This document shows, piece by piece, positions 54,481 to 64,000 of a stretch of DNA of 64,000 bases. The stretch is from assembly GCA_964057225.1 (NCBI GenBank), contig CAXKVF010000079.1:434001-498000 (forward strand), read 5' to 3'. The stretch's first letter is position 1; every line of letters starts with the position of its first letter. This DNA comes from Auanema rhodensis (lineage: Eukaryota; Animalia; Nematoda). The position numbers were made by a program, and so were the translations under genes. The notes beneath the pieces were generated by a model. That model made no database searches and was not told where the DNA came from. It was given only the letters and a program-made list of their open reading frames with translations.

Positions 54481-55699
54481 GTGCACTTGGTATGTAACTC
54501 GCTTCACGTGAAAGATAAAGAGATGCGGTTTTCAAAATTAGATTCCCCATGTCCATATTAGTCTAAAAACAAATTTTTATTGATATTGGTGCATGGTAAT
54601 CATGACTTTGAAATTTACGTGAACTTTAATTTATGCTAATTAAATGTACACGTGATGTGCACTTGGTATGTAACTCGCTTCACGTGAAAGATAAAGAGAT
54701 GCGGTTTTCAAAATTAGATTCCCCATGTCCATATTAGTCTAAAAACAAATTTTTATTGATATTGGTGCATGGTAACCATGACTTTGAAATTTACGTGAAC
54801 TTTAATTTATGCTAATTAAATGTACACGTGATGTGCACTTGGTATGTAACTCGCTTCACGTGAAAGATAAAGAGATGCGGTTTTCAAAATTAGATTCCCC
54901 ATGTCCATATTAGTCTAAAAACAAATTTTTATTGATATTGGTGCATGGTAACCATGACTTTGAAATTTACGTGAACTTTAATTTATGCTAATTAAATGTA
55001 CACGTGATGTGCACTTGGTATGTAACTCGCTTCACGTGAAAGATAAAGAGATGCGGTTTTCAAAATTAGATTCCCCATGTCCATATTAGTCTAAAAACAA
55101 ATTTTTATTGATATTGGTGCATGGTAACCATGACTTTGAAATTTACGTGAACTTTAATTCATGCTAATTAAATGTACACGTGATGTGCACTTGGTATGTA
55201 ACTCGCTTCACGTGAAAGATAAAGAGATGCGGTTTTCAAAATTAGATTCCCCATGTCCATATTAGTCTAAAAACAAATTTTTATTGATATTGGTGCATGG
55301 TAACCATGACTTTGAAATTTACGTGAACTTTAATTTATGCTAATTAAATGTACACGTGATGTGCACTTGGTATGTAACTCGCTTCACGTGAAAGATAAAG
55401 AGATGCGGTTTTCAAAATTAGATTCCCCATGTCCATATTAGTCTAAAACAAATTTTTATTGATATTGGTGCATGGTAACCATGACTTTGAAATTTACGTG
55501 AACTTTAATTTATGCTAATTAAATGTACACGTGATGTGCACTTGGTATGTAACTCGCTTCACGTGAAAGATAAAGAGATGCGGTTTTCAAAATTAGATTC
55601 CCCATGTCCATATTAGTCTAAAAACAAATTTTTATTGATATTGGTGCATGGTAACCATGACTTTGAAATTTACGTGAACTTTAATTTATGCTAATTAAA

Positions 55700-58600
55700 T
55701 GTACACGTGATGTGCACTTGGTATGTAACTCGCTTCACGTGAAAGATAAAGAGATGAGGTTTTCAAAATTAGATTCCCCATGTCCATATTAGTCTAAAAA
55801 CAAATTTTTATTGATATTGGTTCATGGTAACCATGACTTTGAAATTTACGTGAACTTTAATTTATGCTAATTAAATGTACACGTGATGTGCACTTGGTAT
55901 GTAACTTGCTTCACGTGAAAGATAAAGAGATGCGGTTTTCAAAATTAGATTCCCCATGTCCATATTAGTCTAAAAACAAATTTTTATTGATATTGGTGCA
56001 TGGTAACCATGACTTTGAAATTTACGTGAACTTTAATTTATGCTAATTAAATGTACACGTGATGTGCACTTGGTATGTAACTCGCTTCACGTGAAAGATA
56101 AAGAGATGCGGTTTTCAAAATTAGATTCCCCATGTCCATATTAGTCTAAAAACAAATTTTTATTGATATTGGTTCATGGTAACCATGTCTTTGAAAATTA
56201 CGTGAACTTTAATTTATGCTAATTAAATGTACACGTGATGTGCACTTGGTATGTAACTCGCTTCACGTGAAAGATAAAGAGATGCGGTTTTCAAAATTAG
56301 ATTCCACATGTCCATATTAGTCTAAAAACAAATTTTTATTGATATTGGTGCATGGTAACCATGACTTTGAAATTTACGTGAACTTTAATTTATGCTAATT
56401 AAATGTACACGTGATGTGCACTTGGTATGTAACTTGCTTCACGTGAAAGATAAAGAGATGCGGTTTTCAAAATTAGATTCCCCATGTCCATATTAGTCTA
56501 AAAACAAATTTTTATTGATATTGGTGCATGGTAACCATGACTTTGAAATTTACGTGAACTTTAATTTATGCTAATTAAATGTACACGTGATGTGCACTTG
56601 GTATGTAACTCGCTTCACGTGAAAGATAAAGAGATGCGGTTTTCAAAATTAGATTCCCCATGTCCATATTAGTCTAAAAACAAATTTTTATTGATATTGG
56701 TTCATGGTAACCATGTCTTTGAAAATTACGTGAACTTTAATTTATGCTAATTAAATGTACACGTGATGTGCACTTGGTATGTAACTCGCTTCACGTGAAA
56801 GATAAAGAGATGCGGTTTTCAAAATTAGATTCCACATGTCCATATTAGTCTAAAAACAAATTTTTATTGATATTGGTGCATGGTAACCATGACTTTGAAA
56901 TTTACGTGAACTTTAATTTATGCTAATTAAATGTACACGTGATGTGCACTTAGTATGTAACTCGCTTCACGTGAAAGATAAAGAGATGAGGTTTTCAAAA
57001 TTAGATTCCCCATGTCCATATTAGTCTAAAAACAAATTTTTATTGATATTGGTTCATGGTAACCATGACTTTGAAATTTACGTGAACTTTAATTTATGCT
57101 AATTAAATGTACACGTGATGTGCACTTGGTATGTAACTCGCTTCACGTGAAAGATAAAGAGATGCGGTTTTCAAAATTAGATTCCCCATGTCCATATTAG
57201 TCTAAAAACAAATTTTTATTGATATTGGTTCATGGTAACCATGACTTTGAAATTTACGTGAACTTTAACTTATGCTAATTAAATGTACACGTGATGTGCA
57301 CTTGGTATGTAACTCGCTTCACGTGAAAGATAAAGAGATGCGGTTTTCAAAATTAGATTCCCCATGTCCATATTAGTCTAAAAACAAATTTTTATTGATA
57401 TTGGTTCATGGTAACCATGACTTTGAAATTTACGTGAACTTTAATTTATGCTAATTAAATGTACACGTGATGTGCACTTGGTATGTAACTTGCTTCACGT
57501 GAAAGATAAAGAGATGCGGTTTTCAAAATTAGATTCCCCATGTCCATATTAGTCTAAAAACAAATTTTTATTGATATTGGTGCATGGTAACCATGACTTT
57601 GAAATTTACGTGAACTTTAATTTATGCTAATTAAATGTACACGTGATGTGCACTTGGTATGTAACTCGCTTCACGTGAAAGATAAAGAGATGCGGTTTTC
57701 AAAATTAGATTCCCCATGTCCATATTAGTCTAAAAACAAATTTTTATTGATATTGGTTCATGGTAACCATGACTTTGAAATTTACGTGAACTTTAATTTA
57801 TGCTAATTAAATGTACACGTGATGTGCACTTGGTATGTAACTCGCTTCACGTGAAAGATAAAGAGATGCGGTTTTCAAAATTAGATTCCCCATGTCCATA
57901 TTAGTCTAAAAACAAATTTTTATTGATATTGGTTCATGGTAACCATGACTTTGAAATTTACGTGAACTTTAACTTATGCTAATTGAATGTACACGTGATG
58001 TGCACTTGGTATGTAACTCGCTTCACGTGAAAGATAAAGAGATGCGGTTTTCAAAATTAGATTCCCCATGTTCATATTAGTCTAAAAACAAATTTTTATT
58101 GATATTGGTGCATGGTAACCATGACTTTGAAATTTACGTGAACTTTAATTTATGCTAATTAAATGTACACGTTATGTGCACTTGGTATGTAACTCGCTTC
58201 ACGTGAAAGATAAAGAGATGCGGTTTTCAAAATTAGATTCCCCATGTTCATATTAGTCTAAAAACAAATTTTTATTGATATTGGTTCATGGTAACCATGA
58301 CTTTGAAATTTACGTGGACTTTAATTTATGCTAATTAAATGTACACGTGATGTGCACTTGGTATGTAACTCGCTTCACGTGAAAGATAAAGAGATGCGGT
58401 TTTCAAAATTAGATTCTCCATGTCCATATTAGTCTAAAAACAAATTTTTATTGATATTGGTTCATGGTAACCATGACTTTGAAATTTACGTGAACTTTAA
58501 TTTATGCTAATTAAATGTACACGTGATGTGCACTTGGTATGTAACTCGCTTCACGTGAAAGATAAAGAGATTCGGTTTTCAAAATTAGATTCCCCATGTC

Positions 58601-61400
58601 CATATTAGTGTAAAAACAAATTTTTATTGATATTGGTTCATGGTAACCATGACTTTGAAATTTACGTGAACTTTAATTTATGCTAATTAAATGTACACGT
58701 GATGTGCACTTGGTATGTAACTCGCTTCACGTGAAAGATAAAGAGATGCGGTTTTCAAAATTAGATTCCCCATGTCCATATTAGTCTAAAAACAAATTTT
58801 TATTGATACTAATTCATGATAACCATGATTTTGAAATTTACGTGAACTTTAATTTATGCTATTTAAATGTACACGTGATGTGCACTTAGTATGTACCTCG
58901 CTTCACGTGAAAGATGAAGAGATGCGGTTTTCAAAATTAGATTCCCCATGTCCATATTAGTCTAAAAACAAATTTTTATTGATATTGGTGCATGGTAACC
59001 ATGACTTTGAAATTTACGTGAACTTTAATTTATGCTAATTAAATGTACACGTGATGTGCACTTGGTATGTAACTCGCTTCACGTGAAAGATAAAGAGATG
59101 CGGTTTTCAAAATTAGATCCCCCATGTTCATATTAGTCTAAAAACAAATTTTTATTGATATTGGTTCATGGTAACCATGACTTTGAAATTTACGTGAACT
59201 TTAATTTATGCTAATTAAATGTACACGTGATGTGCACTTGGTATGTAACTTGCTTCACGTGAAAGATAAAGAGATGCGGTTTTCAAAATTAGATTCCTCA
59301 TGTCCATATTAGTCTAAAAACAAATTTTTATTGATATTGGTGCATGGTAACCATGACTTTGAAATTTACGTGAACTTTAATTTATGCTAATTAAATGTAC
59401 ACGTGATGTGCACTTGGTATGTAACTCGCTTCACGTGAAAGATAAAGAGATGCGGTTTTCAAAATTAGATTCCCCATGTCCATATTAGTCTAAAAACAAA
59501 TTTTTATTGATATTAATTCATGATAACCATGATTTTGAAATTTACGTGAACTTTAATTTATGCTATTTAAATGTACACGTGATGTGCACTTGGTATGTAA
59601 CTCGCTTCACGTGAAAGATGAAGAGATGCGGTTTTCAAAATTAGATTCCCCATGTCCATATTAGTCTAAAAACAAATTTTTATTGATATTAATTCATGAT
59701 AACCATGATTTTGAAATTTACGTGAACTTTAATTTATGCTATTTAAATGTACACGTGATGTGCACTTGGTATGTAACTCGCTTCACGTGAAAGATAAAGA
59801 GATGCGGTTTTCAAAATTAGATTCCCCATGTCCATATTAGTCTAAAAACAAATTTTTATTGATATTGGTGCATGGTAACCATGACTTTGAAATTTACGTG
59901 AACTTTAATTTATGCTAATTAAATGTACACGTGATGTGCACTTGGTATGTAACTCGCTTCACGTGAAAGATAAAGAGATGCGGTTTTCAAAATTAGATTC
60001 CCCATGTTCATATTAGTCTAAAAACAAATTTTTATTGATATTGGTTCATGGTAACCATGACTTTGAAATTTACGTGAACTTTAATTTATGCTAATTAAAT
60101 GTACACGTGATGTGCACTTGGTATGTAACTCGCTTCACGTGAAAGATAAAGAGATGCGGTTTTCAAAATTAGATTCCTCATGTCCATATTAGTCTAAAAA
60201 CAAATTTTTATTGATATTGGTTCATGGTAACCATGACTTTGAAATTTACGTGAACTTTAATTTATGCTAATTAAATATACACGTGATGTGCACTTGGTAT
60301 GTAACTCGCTTCACGTGAAAGATAAAGAGATGCGGTTTTCAAAATTAGATTCCCCATGTCCATATTAGTCTAAAAACAAATTTTTATTGATATTGGTGCA
60401 TGGTAACCATGACTTTGAAATTTACGTGAACTTTAATTTATGCTAATTAAATGTACACGTGATGTGCACTTGGTATGTAACTCGCTTCACGTGAAAGATA
60501 AAGAGATGCGGTTTTCAAAATTAGATTCCCCATGTCCATATTAGTCTAAAAACAAATTTTTATTGATATTGGTTCATGGTAACCATGACTTTGAAATTTA
60601 CGTGAACTTTAATTTATGCTAATTAAATGTACACGTGATGTGCACTTGGTATGTAACTCGTTTCACGTGAAAGATAAAGAGATGCGGTTTTCAAAATTAG
60701 ATTCCCCATGTCCATATTAGTCTAAAAACAAATTTTTATTGATATTGGTTCATGGTAACCATGACTTTGAAATTTACGTGAACTTTAACTTATGCTAATT
60801 AAATGTACACGTGATGTGCACTTGGTATGTAACTCGCTTCACGTGAAAGATAAAGGGATGCGGTTTTCAAAATTAGATTCCCCATGTCCATATTAGTCTA
60901 AAAACAAATTTTTATTGATATTGGTGCATGGTAACCATGACTTTGAAATTTACGTGAACTTTAATTTATGCTAATTAAATGTACACGTGATGTGCACTTG
61001 GTATGTAACTCGCTTCACGTGAAAGATAAAGAGATGCGGTTTTCAAAATTAGATTCCCCATGTCCATATTAGTCTAAAAACAAATTTTTATTGATATTGG
61101 TGCATGGTAACCATGACTTTGAAATTTACGTGAACTTTAATTTATGCTAATTAAATGTACACGTGATGTGCACTTGGTATGTAACTCGCTTCACGTGAAA
61201 GATAAAGAGATGCGGTTTTCAAAATTAGATTCCCCATGTCCATATTAGTCTAAAAACAAATTTTTATTGATATTGGTGCATGGTAACCATGACTTTGAAA
61301 TTTACGTGAACTTTAATTTATGCTAATTAAATGTACACGTGATGTGCACTTGGTATGTAACTCGCTTCACGTGAAAGATAAAGAGATGCGGTTTTCAAAA
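55700..61400 (+). repeat. Long-range copy of block ~32500-37800 (offset 23185-23537, i.e. 130-132 monomers + 305 bp)
   Basis: The same ordered rare variants occur in both blocks, e.g. attgaatg 34624/57985, gtggact 34956/58317, gattctcc 35056/58417, gattcgg 35211/58572, tagtgt 35249/58610, gatacta 35448/58809. Confidence 0.9.
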
Positions 61401-64000
61401 TTAGATTCCCCATGTCCATATTAGTCTAAAAACAAATTTTTATTGATATTGGTGCATGGTAACCATGACTTTGAAATTTACGTGAACTTTAATTTATGCT
61501 AATTAAATGTACACGTGATGTGCACTTGGTATGTAACTTGCTTCACGTGAAAGATAAAGAGATGCGGTTTTCAAAATTAGATTCCTCATGTCCATATTAG
61601 TCTAAAAACAAATTTTTATTGATATTAATTCATGATAACCATGATTTTGAAATTTACGTGAACTTTAATTTATGCTATTTAAATGTACACGTGATGTGCA
61701 CTTGGTATGTAACTCGCTTCACGTGAAAGATAAAGAGATGCGGTTTTCAAAATTAGATTCCCCATGTCCATATTAGTCTAAAAACAAATTTTTATTGATA
61801 CTAATTCATGATAACCATGATTTTGAAATTTACGTGAACTTTAATTTATGCTATTTAAATGTACACGTGATGTGCACTTAGTATGTACCTCGCTTCACGT
61901 GAAAGATGAAGAGATGCGGTTTTCAAAATTAGATTCCCCATGTCCATATTAGTCTAAAAACAAATTTTTATTGATATTGGTGCATGGTAACCATGACTTT
62001 GAAATTTACGTGAACTTTAATTTATGCTAATTAAATGTACACGTGATGTGCACTTGGTATGTAACTCGCTTCACGTGAAAGATAAAGAGATGCGGTTTTC
62101 AAAATTAGATCCCCCATGTTCATATTAGTCTAAAAACAAATTTTTATTGATATTGGTTCATGGTAACCATGACTTTGAAATTTACGTGAACTTTAATTTA
62201 TGCTAATTAAATGTACACGTGATGTGCACTTGGTATGTAACTTGCTTCACGTGAAAGATAAAGAGATGCGGTTTTCAAAATTAGATTCCTCATGTCCATA
62301 TTAGTCTAAAAACAAATTTTTATTGATATTGGTGCATGGTAACCATGACTTTGAAATTTACGTGAACTTTAATTTATGCTAATTAAATGTACACGTGATG
62401 TGCACTTGGTATGTAACTCGCTTCACGTGAAAGATAAAGAGATGCGGTTTTCAAAATTAGATTCCCCATGTCCATATTAGTCTAAAAACAAATTTTTATT
62501 GATATTAATTCATGATAACCATGATTTTGAAATTTACGTGAACTTTAATTTATGCTATTTAAATGTACACGTGATGTGCACTTGGTATGTAACTCGCTTC
62601 ACGTGAAAGATGAAGAGATGCGGTTTTCAAAATTAGATTCCCCATGTCCATATTAGTCTAAAAACAAATTTTTATTGATATTAATTCATGATAACCATGA
62701 TTTTGAAATTTACGTGAACTTTAATTTATGCTATTTAAATGTACACGTGATGTGCACTTGGTATGTAACTCGCTTCACGTGAAAGATAAAGAGATGCGGT
62801 TTTCAAAATTAGATTCCCCATGTCCATATTAGTCTAAAAACAAATTTTTATTGATATTGGTGCATGGTAACCATGACTTTGAAATTTACGTGAACTTTAA
62901 TTTATGCTAATTAAATGTACACGTGATGTGCACTTGGTATGTAACTCGCTTCACGTGAAAGATAAAGAGATGCGGTTTTCAAAATTAGATTCCCCATGTT
63001 CATATTAGTCTAAAAACAAATTTTTATTGATATTGGTTCATGGTAACCATGACTTTGAAATTTACGTGAACTTTAATTTATGCTAATTAAATGTACACGT
63101 GATGTGCACTTGGTATGTAACTCGCTTCACGTGAAAGATAAAGAGATGCGGTTTTCAAAATTAGATTCCTCATGTCCATATTAGTCTAAAAACAAATTTT
63201 TATTGATATTGGTTCATGGTAACCATGACTTTGAAATTTACGTGAACTTTAATTTATGCTAATTAAATATACACGTGATGTGCACTTGGTATGTAACTCG
63301 CTTCACGTGAAAGATAAAGAGATGCGGTTTTCAAAATTAGATTCCCCATGTCCATATTAGTCTAAAAACAAATTTTTATTGATATTGGTGCATGGTAACC
63401 ATGACTTTGAAATTTACGTGAACTTTAATTTATGCTAATTAAATGTACACGTGATGTGCACTTGGTATGTAACTCGCTTCACGTGAAAGATAAAGAGATG
63501 CGGTTTTCAAAATTAGATTCCCCATGTCCATATTAGTCTAAAAACAAATTTTTATTGATATTGGTTCATGGTAACCATGACTTTGAAATTTACGTGAACT
63601 TTAATTTATGCTAATTAAATGTACACGTGATGTGCACTTGGTATGTAACTCGTTTCACGTGAAAGATAAAGAGATGCGGTTTTCAAAATTAGATTCCCCA
63701 TGTCCATATTAGTCTAAAAACAAATTTTTATTGATATTGGTTCATGGTAACCATGACTTTGAAATTTACGTGAACTTTAACTTATGCTAATTAAATGTAC
63801 ACGTGATGTGCACTTGGTATGTAACTCGCTTCACGTGAAAGATAAAGAGATGCGGTTTTCAAAATTAGATTCCCCATGTCCATATTAGTCTAAAAACAAA
63901 TTTTTATTGATATTGGTGCATGGTAACCATGACTTTGAAATTTACGTGAACTTTAATTTATGCTAATTAAATGTACACGTGATGTGCACTTGGTATGTAA
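58740..64000 (+). repeat. Higher-order block duplication: ~58740-61000 repeated at ~61730-64000 (offset 2992 = 17 monomers)
   Basis: gatacta 58809/61801, cctc 59298/62290 and 60178/63170, aaatatac 60277/63269, tcgttt 60661/63653, taactt 60789/63781. Confidence 0.9.

Larger units (their letters stand above)
1..64000. repeat. Tandem satellite DNA array, 176-bp AT-rich monomer, ~362 copies, single orientation, extends past both window edges (candidate centromeric/heterochromatic satellite)
   Basis: 'ataaagagatgcgg' recurs at 1, 177, 881, 2641 ... 39601 (=1+225x176). The last monomer starts at 63842 = 1+361x176+305, and 305 equals the sum of the indels found (4x77 - 7x1 + 2x2). The centromeric role is inferred only from monomer size and homogeneity. 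Confidence 0.99.

Noticed and set aside
77-63918. G/T pattern at position 77 as a strict dimer HOR or encoded signal
   Set aside because: Run lengths are irregular (1 to 12) and are explained by overlapping block duplications.
1-64000. CRISPR array or other repeat-spacer system
   Set aside because: There are no unique spacers: the entire 176-bp unit is repeated, and no cas or other genes are present.

Overview
The whole 64 kb window is one uninterrupted, single-orientation, head-to-tail satellite DNA array. It has no genes, unique sequence or inserted elements. The monomer is 176 bp, about 32% GC (57/176 by hand count), with consensus ataaagagatgcggttttcaaaattagattccccatgtccatattagtctaaaaacaaatttttattgatattggt[g/t]catggtaaccatgactttgaaatttacgtgaactttaatttatgctaattaaatgtacacgtgatgtgcacttggtatgtaactcgcttcacgtgaaag. 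There are 361 complete monomers plus a 159-bp partial one. Phase arithmetic closes exactly with four +77-bp, seven -1-bp and two +2-bp indels (net +305), all lying after position 39.8 kb. Copies are nearly identical, usually with 0-3 substitutions. Length and homogeneity fit a eukaryotic centromeric or heterochromatic satellite, but I do not recognise the family or species. The main observation is that the monomer is a degenerate palindrome, with two dyad axes exactly 88 bp apart, so the array reads as alternating inverted ~88-bp half-units. It also carries regularly spaced ACGTGA/E-box motifs. Shared rare variants record local and long-range block duplications and a propagated 253-bp rearranged monomer with a templated junction. 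The two supplied ORFs are chance read-throughs of the repeat.
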